Below, one piece after another: positions 13,050 through 24,390 of a stretch of DNA of 64,000 nt. Every line of letters begins with the position of its first letter. Position 1 is the stretch's first letter. The notes below the pieces were generated by a model. That model had not been told where the DNA came from. It did not search any database and worked only from the letters and a program-made list of their open reading frames with translations. Made by a program: the position numbers and the translations under genes. Location: the NCBI RefSeq assembly GCF_006345805.1, contig NC_043001.1, positions 111,290,001-111,354,000 on the forward strand. The letters run 5' to 3'. Source of the stretch: Octopus sinensis (lineage: Eukaryota).

Positions 13050-14450
13050 ATTTTACTGCAATATTTCCCTTTCGAGAAATCAACCATTGGACGTTGCAGA
13101 TGAAACCGCACTGTTACCTAATTACCCACCTGATCCGGTCATTCCGAGCATTACGCAACGGGGATAGCTTGTCCAATCTAAAACAACCAGTCTTCTGAAG
13201 TATTTCAGTTTACGAATCACTGACCTTCATATGTCTCAGCCTCGAAGTTAACGACACGATCTTTTGAAACACTATGCTGCCTCACATTACAAACCTGACC
13301 CAAAATCTATTTATAAACTATCTGGATGGCCCGATGTGTTTTGTCCCTTCCACATTGGTAGATTCCTTATACCCAGACTACACCTTACGTTCACTTTGGA
13401 CGTCTTCAGTAAGATTGTTATATTTTATTTTCCCACGAATTATTTTATCAGCATAGTAATCAAACTAAGCCTATAAAAGGAAATCGATAGCAAGAAAGCC
13501 CCTTGCTACATGTGAAGACCAACTGTTATTGCCAATCGAAACATTGACTAGCAATGACCTGAAAAAACTCACCTTTACCACAGTTCTTCTGGGAAAGCTA
13601 CATTCTATACAAGTCATAAAATATTATATAAAAATATAAGTTATTTCTTTCCCTCTAAGCACAATTATTTTGCATATTGTCGTTTCGTCTATTTGCAGTT
13701 GCAGCATCACCTTAATGCAAACCCCTTTATCCCTTGAGTGAATGTCCGGCAATAAACTCCCATCCATTGAGAGATTCAAATTTCTAGGTTTCCGACCACT
13801 TTCTAATCTCCTCATCTTTTGTCTTTTTACCATAGTCCTGCATCCATAGATGTAGCCAACCAGATTTTACATGTACTAAAATGAACGATTCATTTTCCTT
13901 TGAAAAGCAGACGTTATTTAACGTGTTTCTGAAAAAGCCAATCTACTACAGTAAACTTTCAGGCTACTTGGTATCATTATTTAGAAATTTCTTTTCTGTC
14001 TCCATTATATGCAACAAATCTAAATCATTTTCGTCTCCTAATCAACTGTCCGATGTTGATATTGCAGCTGCTTCTTCGATAGTCTTGCTATGCTACTGCT
14101 GTCATTATAAATGCTATTTGTGATGGAGGCGGCTGTGATGTTGCTGATCAATGAGACAATGACCTCTCTATCGTAGACGTTTCAATCTGACCGCAGCGTA
14201 ACCTTATTTAATGACAGCTATGGTCGTAGACGATGAATCACTTCCGTCGCCGAGATCGAGAATATTAGTGTTTATGCTGCTAGTAAATATCGTGGAGATT
14301 TTAGTGGTGTTGTTATAAGCTGATGGTCGCTACCTCTACTGCCATCAGTTAACGAATGCGTGGTTAAAATTTACATATTTCCTCCTCCATTATTATAGGA
14401 ATGTGAAAGTTCTCACCTGCTTACTTTTACTCTCATCCCTGGTCTTCATC
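13050..14450 (-). pseudogene. Possible highly decayed piggyBac-like transposase
   Basis: Minus-strand RKPRNLNLSMDGSLLP and CIKVMLQLQIDETTICKIIVLRGKE resemble piggyBac P..NLSIDESM and YGIKV.MLC....YI.NF.VY.GK blocks. Many stops and frameshifts; no TIRs found. Confidence 0.35.
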
Positions 14451-16038
14451 GATTTCAGGCTCTCCGAAACAAATAGAGCGCTTTTAAATATGTACTAATA
14501 TAAAATATTTCGCTTTGTCTTTTGAATATGGCGTCAGGGCCATATAAAATCTCCTATTTATATAAATGGAATATTTGAAAACTAACATAGCAACAAACAT
14601 ATTTTCTGTAAGGCTAAATCGAGAAACACGTTATCCCACTTTCTATTTCAATAAAAGTTCCTCAATAAAATACATTGTAATGTTTAATTTATCATAATTG
14701 TAAATATGGACAATTTTAGTGACCTTTTCCCTCAATCAGTTGAGATAGATGTTAAACCTCATCAGAGATTACATGATTGTTATAAGTAGGAAAAGCAACG
14801 TGATACAAAATAATGATGTGCATCAATTTGACTCTCACTGCCTTAAGTGTTCATTACTATTTAATATAAACTCGGCAGACATCCGGTATTAGTAAATAAT
14901 TCGTTTCTTGAGTACTATAAAGAACGAACATTTTGTCGCGATATAAACATTCGAAGTTAACTCTCACTGAAGAGACACAAAAAACTCAAAACACAGGTGT
15001 TATAATGTCACAGCCATTCACTCAGTCCAGTGTTTTATGTACTCAAATCGTCTGAAGTAAAACGCTTTACGAATGTAAATTATTTAATCGAATTGCATAC
15101 TTGCGTTCAAATCTTTCGGAAAGTATTATGAATGAAAATATAGCTCTTTGAAATATCAGATATGTTTCAATAATTTATTCGTGTGGATAAGTTGAGGTCC
15201 AAAAGTATTTTCCTCGTTGAGCGTGAAATTATTTTTAACACCACAATCCATTCATCTAGAAAGAAAAAAATTGTTTCATTAAGACGCTAAAGAAGATGAA
15301 TGAAATGTTATAGAGATTGAGACTGCTCTTTCAATTGTTTAACAAAAGGTTTCTCTCAAAAACGGAATTCAGTTCCAGAATAATTTATTATATAAATTTC
15401 TATTTTTGAATATATGGAATAAATATGAGCAAGAATATTCCAGAGCAGATATGCATATTATATTTAGAATAGCTGCCATATGCACTAATCATGTGGTTCT
15501 GTTGTCATTCTCGATATCAAGTTATTTCCGTTTCACCGGTCAGTAAGATGAATTCAATCTTTCAATACAACAATAAAGAGATTCTATTAAGCTAGTTATT
15601 ATTATATTTGGTACAATGTAAATTCAGGAAAAGGCCACGAAACGCAACTTTGAATTTTGAACCAATCTATTTTCATATTTTTCTAAATTTACCAGGATTA
15701 TTATGCATGCAGGAAGGAATAACGGAGACGTGGGTTCACCACGATGTGAAAGCTTTCTTTTCTCTCTTTTCACATCAACTGATAATACGTTAACAATGTA
15801 AGGAATATCCTCATGAACTGGGATTCAAAAATCATCAACCAATACTACGATGTTCTAACTAAATGTGAAATAATAATTCTAGTAGGTATTGTTAGCTGTC
15901 CATTATGGACATTTCAATGTACAAATGATGCTTAACAAAATATAATACTTGATTATAAGTGAGAGGTATATGTCTGTATGTAGTCATGTATATGCATATA
16001 TCTATGTATATGTATGTATATAACTTTACATGTATATG

Positions 16039-16095
<57 letters not shown>

Positions 16096-16336
16096 TCCAA
16101 ATATATAGATATATATACATGCATGCTTACATAACATATATATATTCATACATACACACACGCATAAACACTTACACAAATATGTGTGTGTGTGTGTGTG
16201 TGTGTATGACTGGATGTGTGTATATGCCATTATTTAGTTTATTTCAAGATTTCTTGTCAATAGAGAAAGAATCGATTTTTCACCTAGATCCAAGGCTCCT
16301 TCATTGGAACTACACCATCAGCAACGAGGTGTTTTG

Positions 16337-16470
16337 TATGTATGTATGTATGTATGTATGTATGTATGTATGTATGTATGTATGTATGTATGTATGTATG
16401 TATTTATGTATGTATGTATGTATTTATGTATGTATGTATGTAAGTATGTATGTATATATGTATGTATGTA
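16337..16470. repeat. (TATG)n microsatellite
   Basis: Directly visible. Confidence 0.95.
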
Positions 16471-16561
16471 AAGTTAATCCAAACATGAAAACACAACAAC
16501 GCGAGGACGCGGAACAAGTATAGTGTTATTGGACGCTCAGGAAAGGAAAGAAAGAAGGAGG

Positions 16562-16596
16562 ATTTAACGTTTCGAGCGGATCTCTTCGTCAGAAAC
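16562..16596 (-). ncRNA. Minimal type I hammerhead ribozyme motif (Penelope pLTR-type)
   Basis: Minus strand GTTT-CTGACGA-A-GAG(ATCCG)CTC-GAAA-CGT-T-AAAT: canonical CUGANGA/GAAA core, 3-bp stem II, palindromic ACGU stem III, 4-bp stem I with a G-U pair. Confidence 0.6.
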
Positions 16597-16689
16597 ACAG
16601 AAAAAAGTACGGTCCAAGGAAGGGAAAATCGCCATGTAGATTTATATGTTTTATATATGTATTCTCATGCATATAATTACATATCTAGA

Positions 16690-17000
16690 CTTGCTCATAT
16701 ATATTTAAATGATGAACTTTTGGAAAGTTTTACAGATTTGTATTGGATCTGTAGTCTTCGAATTATCTTTCTCCTTTCTGCTTTTGAGAAGCCTAATTTC
16801 TCAAGTTTTGTATTTAGGATGTGATTTACATATCCCAGGGCCCCAATAATTACAGGCATAAACCTGAACTTGTAATCTGGATAAAATAACTGCAGATTTC
16901 TCAATAGTTAAGCATAGGTGTTCTATTTCGCACTGATTTTCACCTTTATCTTAACATCCGCTGAGCAGCTATTTTCCATAACTGTGTACAGTTTCTCTTC
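16690..17000 (-). pseudogene. 3' end of an RLE-type non-LTR retrotransposon
   Basis: ORF-track peptide MRNLQLFYPDYKFRFMPVIIGALGYV... contains the PVIIGALG motif typical of the RLE C-terminus. Confidence 0.7.
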
Positions 17001-17429
17001 TTTATCCCAAGTCTTATGATGGTTTTCACAAGAATGGCTCAGATCTCATCAAGCGTCCAATCAAGCATCCCAAATGATGGTATGTGTACTGGCACTGAAA
17101 ACACATTGTGGGCCACAATTTTATTAAATGCAGAGAGTTCTGAGGTTCAAATTTATGTATGTAACTGTATATGTATGTATATATATATATATATATTTAT
17201 GTATGTATGTCATTATTCAGTTTTATCTCAAGATCTTTGCCAACAGAAAAAGAGCCGTTTTGTAACCTAGATCAACGGCTCCTTTACTGGAATTCAACAG
17301 CCTATTTTGGCTTTTATGTATATGTGCAGTATTTGCAGTCAGTGCAGGTTCGCATTGTTGTGTTTTGCTTTAGGCAAGTATTTTCATGCATAAAGTTGCT
17401 GGTCCAAACATACGCACATATACCTAACT

Positions 17430-17745
17430 GATAAACTTCCGGCAAGTTTTACAGATTTTTACAGTTCCAGTCATGGTTTGGATGTGTTGTCTTCGAATAA
17501 GCGTTCTCCTCCTGCGTTTGAGAAGCCTTGTTTCCTACGATTGGTATTCAGGCAGTGTTTTACATACCCTAATGCCCCAATAATTACTGCTATAAATCTG
17601 AGCATGCAGTCGTGTAGAGTTACTATAGATTTCTCAATAGTTCAACGTACGTATTTCTTTATCGCTGATCTTTAGCTTTACTTCAACACCAGCTGCCCAG
17701 TTGACGTCCACAGCTGCACACAGTCTCCCTTATCATTATGTCAAG
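17430..17745 (-). pseudogene. Second, more decayed copy of the same RLE 3' end
   Basis: Colinear similarity to 16690-17000 (GCCCCAATAATTAC, GATTTCTCAATAGTT, TTTGAGAAGCC). Confidence 0.65.
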
Positions 17746-18084
17746 TCTATTGTGTTTACATTTAATTGATATTTTCACTGTTATGAGTGTTTATTGTTTC
17801 TACCATACTGTAAGTTCTTATTACGTTAGCCTCAACGTTATCCTTTCGACGGATCTCATTATACGATGTGTGTATGTATGTATGTATGTATGTATGTATG
17901 TATGTATGTATGTATGTATGTATGTATGTATGTGTGTATGTATGTATACATGCATGCGTGTATGTATACGTACGTATAGAGAGACATAGTGACAGAAGGT
18001 GAAATGGGTATCAATGGTTGCTGAATTTCCACGATTGCTCTGAAATCAAGAATTTCTGCTGATTTTCATTTTTGACTTTCTTTT

Positions 18085-18306
18085 CTTCTTTTCTTTTATT
18101 TGTTTCAGTCATTTGACTGCGGCCATGCCGGAGCATGGCCTTTAGTCGAGCAAATAGACCCCAGAACTTATTCTTTGTAAGCCTAATACTTATTCTACCG
18201 ATCACTTTGGCCGAACCGCTAAGTGACTGGGACATAAACTCACCACCATCGATTGTCAAGCGATGTTCGAGGACAAACACAGACACACAAACATATACAT
18301 ACACAT

Positions 18307-18337
<31 letters not shown>

Positions 18338-18526
18338 CACACACACATAAATATATATATATATATACATACATATATACATACGACGGACTTCTTTCAG
18401 TTTCCGTGTACCAAATCCCCTAACAAGGCTTTGATCGGCCCGAGGCTATAGTAGAAGACACTTGCACAAGGTGAACCCTGAACCATGTGGTTGGTAAGCA
18501 AGCTACTAACCACACAGCCACTCCTG
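18085..18526 (-). mobile_element. Family B SINE (small deletion in head)
   Basis: Reverse-complement match to 9028-9440. Confidence 0.9.
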
Positions 18527-19307
18527 TTTAAATTCGACTTGTTTAAATTCCAATATATTGTACCGAATTTGTTGATTTGTTAGGAAAAAAAAAACCTTTG
18601 AAAACGATAAGCATCTTTATTGACTAGACTTATCTTACATCAAGAGTGCTGTTAACATTTAACTGTTATCTTTACGTCGAGAAATTAACGCTACATAGAA
18701 AAAGTTACATACTTGAGAAAACCCTATTTTTGTTTACTTCTCATTTCTATTGTGAGAAAGTTTCTATAATTATTTAAAAATTAGAAGTCAGTATACAAAA
18801 AGAACCCGTAGAAATTCGACATACCATTTTTGTGTTTCATTATCTACTTTAATTGTTACCTCTATGGCCTATAATGATAATTAATTGCCTACTTAATGCC
18901 TAAGTGAAGTACAGATGCTACATTAATTCAACAACTAATTCTACTACGCTCTGATATCAATTGAAGTTCGATATTTATAAAGTATTATGATTTATTCGCA
19001 AAGGGGAGGATGCTGGCACTCTATCTTCAATAATTTACTTTGATCAATTACTGACTGGAAAGTATAGAAGATTTCTGTGTATTAGGATATATGTCTTTCA
19101 AGGCAAGATGAGAAAATTGCAAAAATATTCACATCATGTAGAAATTGATATAATCTCTCAAGAGGTCATGCAGTATAAAATATATTCAATTTGCAATACA
19201 GCTCAGCTCAAAATATTTGTGACTTAATCGAAGGTGACATATGGACTGAATAGAAATAATAATCGAAATAACGACCAAGTGGTGGAATATACAAGACCTT
19301 GGAAAAT

Positions 19308-19715
<408 letters not shown>

Positions 19716-19851
19716 AATACAGAATATAAAAACACGAATACTTACGTACACGCACCTGCTTATATATACGTACACACACATATATCTATATAGATAAATA
19801 TATATGTATATACAGATACACACATATGTATATATATATCTATATATATAT

Positions 19852-19908
<57 letters not shown>

Positions 19909-20467
19909 TACACGCACGCACATCAAACATTTTCAATAATATAAATATTCATACTTACACTAAGAATCATTCTTAGATCTACATATGCCCTCGGCAGCAT
20001 TCCAGCCCGATATTATCAGATTTACTTTAAAGATTTTCAATATTCGTAACAATTCTTTTGAAACTAATCAGTCGAAGAACTCTATCGCCAGCTATTTATA
20101 TAACCACAAGATTCCTGTAGCAATTTGCATTCCTCAACACTGCCTATAGAGTTGTTTAGTTCACTGTTTATATGATGGCTAATTGGATAACGGAAGTTAG
20201 AAGGTGGTGTAGTCTGTGCGCGGCTTTTTTTGTTTGTGTTTTTTAGTATGATTTTAGTTCTTTTTTCCACAATTTTCCAAGGTTGTATTGCTTTTTCCTA
20301 TGTTATTTCTTCCCTTTCAATCCTGTGTTTTCCGTCGTTTTCTCTTTTTTTTTCTTTCCTTTTATTAGCTCCAAGAATCTTTGCGACTTCTGTATATTGC
20401 AGCATCATTTTCTTAATTACTTTACAAGTCAATAAGTTTTATGACGGTTCAGAATACGTTATAGACC

Positions 20468-20503
<36 letters not shown>

Positions 20504-20533
20504 ATATATATATATATATAATATATATTATAT

Positions 20534-20576
<43 letters not shown>

Positions 20577-20643
20577 TCGGGGTGAGTACTTGATAATTAT
20601 AAGCACCTGTGTATACCGTTTGGTGGTGTAGGTGGTGGAGTAA

Positions 20644-20952
20644 ATTGATCAAAATAAAATAAAAACATGATGCGAAGGATTCAGCGGTACATATGTTTCG
20701 GGCCTTTATTAGACAGATTTATAACAATGCATAATGTATGTCTGTGGCCTTCCTCAGCCGCGCACAACAGCTTCCACAAGGACATGTGTTACATCAAAAA
20801 TTCTTGGTTGGGGATGCAAATCCTCTCATTCGCGTACAACATAATGCGGCAGCAGCATAGAATTGAAGCGTCCATCTCTTTCTTCTCTCAATGTAGAATG
20901 AGGAAAATTGGATGTTGAGGTAATGTAAATAAATAAATACATATATAAAGAG
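20644..20952 (+). repeat. Left arm of a perfect 309-bp inverted repeat
   Basis: Base-by-base reverse complement of 21598-21906 with no mismatch found; identical 83-aa ORFs at 20667-20918(+) and 21632-21883(-). Confidence 0.95.
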
Positions 20953-21597
20953 GTGAAGATGGAGGGGCGAGAGTTCGTATGTAGTGATGGGCGCGCGTAT
21001 ATACATGTGAGTGTGTACGCGTATAATGTCCGTGTATACATGCGGATATTCTGTTGTATGTATGTGTGTGTACGCGCGTGCGTGTGGGTGCGTGTGTGTT
21101 TATGTACGTGTTTACACGCGAGTGCGTGTGTATGCTTATAGGCTTGGAGGCGTATATGTACGCGTGTATGTGGGTGTATGTATCCATGAAGATATGTTTG
21201 TACTAGAAGTCCATTTAATTCAAGGAACCAGATTAAATGCTCATCAGCTCTGATTTACAACACATTAGGTCCCCAGACGAAACTGTTGATTTACTGACAA
21301 TTCTACAACTAAATTTTATCAATCTCCTGACCACCATGCTTGGTCCGTAACCTCTATACATCCCTTATCTTTCCATTCTTTTACACTTTTATCATGTTTT
21401 TATCAGGTTTTTTTACTTTTATTTCTATTTCTATTTTTACTTTATAACCTTATGACTTTACATTTATTTATATTTCTTTATATTTCTTTATACCCCCTTT
21501 ACATCTCCTTACAACTCTTTATATCTTTATCCTCTACATTTTTATATTATTCTATACTTACACTTTTTATACATTTTTTTACCCCTCGTCCCGAACT

Positions 21598-21902
21598 CTC
21601 TTTATATATGTATTTATTTATTTACATTACCTCAACATCCAATTTTCCTCATTCTACATTGAGAGAAGAAAGAGATGGACGCTTCAATTCTATGCTGCTG
21701 CCGCATTATGTTGTACGCGAATGAGAGGATTTGCATCCCCAACCAAGAATTTTTGATGTAACACATGTCCTTGTGGAAGCTGTTGTGCGCGGCTGAGGAA
21801 GGCCACAGACATACATTATGCATTGTTATAAATCTGTCTAATAAAGGCCCGAAACATATGTACCGCTGAATCCTTCGCATCATGTTTTTATTTTATTTTG
21901 AT

Positions 21903-21906
<4 letters not shown>
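21598..21906 (-). repeat. Right arm of the perfect 309-bp inverted repeat
   Basis: See left arm; spacer is 645 bp. Confidence 0.95.
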
Positions 21907-21947
<41 letters not shown>

Positions 21948-22391
21948 TATATATATATATATATACATATATATACACACATATATATATATATATATAC
22001 ACACAGACATATATATGTATGTATGTACGTATAAATATTGATAAATATTGATTTCCAGTCTTATATTGAATTAACCTTCATATATAGAAACACTTTTACT
22101 CGCATATATATGCAAGTACACATACATGCACTCTCACACATATAGTAATATGTTAGTACGCTCTAGGGATCAATGTATAGGAAGTTAGTAATCTTCGTGT
22201 ATTTACTCCGCAAGCGCTGATGACAAAAGCTGAACAACAAGTTTTATTAATAACCTAAGTTACGCATTGTGTTCCGTACTGAGATTAAAAGGAGTGTCGA
22301 TAATCTGACAGTTGCCACTCACCTCACGGTTGAATAGAGATTAGGGGTCGTACAGGTAAAATGCAATTTTGTTTATACATATACATATATA

Positions 22392-22424
22392 GGTGCAGGA
22401 GTGGCTGTGTGGTAAGTAGCTTGC
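22392..22424 (+). mobile_element. Family B SINE head (5' part), interrupted by an insertion
   Basis: GGTGCAGGAGTGGCTGTGTGGTAAGTAGCTTGC stops abruptly and resumes at 24663. Confidence 0.9.
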
Positions 22425-22465
22425 GCAGTTAGTCGGTTGCTTCTGGTTGAGCTAGAGTGGACGTG
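22425..22465 (+). promoter_or_regulatory. Putative internal Pol II promoter at the element 5' end
   Basis: Inr-like CAGTT/TTAGTC at the exact 5' boundary and GGACG about 30 nt downstream (DPE-like, spacing off by about 1 nt); inference only. Confidence 0.3.
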
Positions 22466-23122
22466 AGTAACAAGCTCTGTCCAACTAAAGAAAAAAGACC
22501 AAAAACGGAAAGTTGTCGAGGTAAGTGATTTTGTTTATTGTGAGTTGGGCATAATTTATTGCGTGCCAATTATTATTTCAGTAGGTTGTGTCCAACTCTG
22601 AGACAATTTCGCCTGCGCTAGGCGGCTGCCGTTTTTGTGTTCATTGAAAAAAAAAAAAAAAGAAAAAACAGTGGAGAGGCGTATACTCAGAATTCAATAC
22701 AGTTACTGTTAAAATTACCGTTGGCAGTAGCCAGTACTGTGTTTGAGTTTGCTGAATTTATTCCCTTGTCAGAGTACTTCGCAAGAAAAGTATAAAAATA
22801 AGCCACTATTGGATTACCTTTCGGACCCATTTTCGTGGAGGTTGTGTTGCAGTTGCGGCATTCCAGGTTCAACCCAGGCCGGGAGTACCGCAAGGCCAGA
22901 ATATTTTTGCTGTGTTTTTTCTGTTTATTAACTTTCTTTTGAAATTCATTTAACCCCCCCCCCCTTTTGTTTTTTTCTTTATTGCGACTTTCCGTTAATT
23001 TCTTCCCTTCTGTTGTGCTTTCTCCTTTTTGTTTTTTCAAAAATCTATCAAATTTTATTTAGACTTTTGAACTTTTTTCTTCCTGCTTTTGAGTTTAATT
23101 TGAATATATTTAAAAAAAAAAC

Positions 23123-23989
23123 ATGGCAATGAAAAATAAGAAAATTTTGGAGTGGGAAATCATACCACCCAAAAAGTGGTTAAACGACCGTGAAGATAGG
23201 ACGGTGGTGTTGAGAACCTACTCCAAGGCACTTGACACCATCACCCTATTCGAAAAGACGGCAATTGAGGAGGAGTTGGAAGAGTATTTGCCAACAATTA
23301 AATTCATTTCCAGGGGTGTCAAATATGCAACGGTGTGGTTGCTATTTGACACCCCTGAAGAGGCTTTCAAATTTGCTAGCAAACCCTTGGAGGGTAAGGA
23401 AATCTTATTCCTGCCCACGTACAAAAAAAAGAAATTGATGAAAGCTTGGATCTGCGGACTGCCACCCGACATAGAACCCGAGTGGATAGAGGAGACTATC
23501 CGCCGGGGTCTGGGTGACAGCGAAACTAAGCTCCTCAATGTAAAAGTTCTTCCTGCGGCTGCTTGGGTTGGGTCGAAAGCAATTTTGACCCTGTGGACCC
23601 AATCAGCCAATCTGGTTCTTCCAGATTTTTTGAAAATGGCCGGGTGCAGGTACCCGCTGATGCTTGAGGGTCGCCCCCCTAAGTGTCATCGGTGCTTGGA
23701 GTCCGGCCACATAAAGAAGAACTGTCCTCGGGAACAAAATAGGATCCCGGAACAGTTAAGTAAAACCCCTCTAGAAGAGGGAACGATAACGGCCGAGAAA
23801 GCAGAGGACGCCTCAAACAGAGGCCGAAAGAGGAAGGTGAGCAACAATGGTGGCTCAACAAAGGATAATAGGGATGAGGAGAGGAAGGCGAATCTTCCAG
23901 CCACGGAGGAGACGCACCCTCCCTCAGTTGAACAGGGAAAAAAAAGAAAAAGAGGAAGAAAAACGGGACATTACCGGCTGTCAGTGTAG
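23123..23989 (+). CDS. Tx1/L1-type ORF1 nucleic-acid-binding protein (RRM-like N-terminus, CX2CX4HX4C knuckle, basic tail), 288 aa
   Basis: Uninterrupted ORF with CHRCLESGHIKKNC preceded by the ..EGRPP.C motif typical of L1/Tx1 ORF1. Confidence 0.85.
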   Translation: MAMKNKKILEWEIIPPKKWLNDREDRTVVLRTYSKALDTITLFEKTAIEEELEEYLPTIKFISRGVKYATVWLLFDTPEEAFKFASKPLEGKEILFLPTYKKKKLMKAWICGLPPDIEPEWIEETIRRGLGDSETKLLNVKVLPAAAWVGSKAILTLWTQSANLVLPDFLKMAGCRYPLMLEGRPPKCHRCLESGHIKKNCPREQNRIPEQLSKTPLEEGTITAEKAEDASNRGRKRKVSNNGGSTKDNRDEERKANLPATEETHPPSVEQGKKRKRGRKTGHYRLSV

Positions 23990-24390
23990 CACCGGAATGT
24001 CACGGAACTACGTCGGTTGGGGTTGTGCCACCGACAAGAGAAGGAATACCGTTGGCGGAAACTGTGCTGCCAACGAAAGAACTGAATGTATTGGCCCTCT
24101 TCTATAGAGGAGGAGAAATTGAAAAAGTGATGGAAGAGCACTACAAGGGAGCACCTTTAGCCTTCACACAGGACCCCGAATGGCCTCCGCAGGTAGCTGT
24201 GGAGGCCGTGGCGTTCGACGTGACGCTAGGGCTAAAGGAGCTCAATGAAGATTATAACTTGGTCCCGGGCGACGCGAACTCGGAACTTGACTACGTTCTG
24301 AGGGAGGCGTGGTTGATGGTGGAGGGCGCGGGCACAAGCTATTTCGAGGACGATATGTATTATAGTAATGGACTTAAGTCCAAAAATTGA
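23932..24390 (+). CDS. Probable -1 frame C-terminal extension of ORF1 (about 150 aa)
   Basis: Frame is open from 23932 to the TGA at 24388-24390 and overlaps ORF1 across an 8-A run; one extra A would fuse both into about 422 aa. Confidence 0.55.
   Translation, partial: TGKKKKKRKKNGTLPAVSVAPECHGTTSVGVVPPTREGIPLAETVLPTKELNVLALFYRGGEIEKVMEEHYKGAPLAFTQDPEWPPQVAVEAVAFDVTLGLKELNEDYNLVPGDANSELDYVLREAWLMVEGAGTSYFEDDMYYSNGLKSKN

Noticed and set aside
15700-15760. ITETWVHH resembling mariner GDETWVHH
   Set aside because: Isolated 8-residue match without TIRs or flanking motifs.
21200-21295. CTGATGAG plus hairpin (minus strand) and GTC-CCCA-GAC-GAAAC (plus strand) in the inverted-repeat spacer
   Set aside because: The two hammerhead half-cores lie on opposite strands; no complete ribozyme can be drawn.
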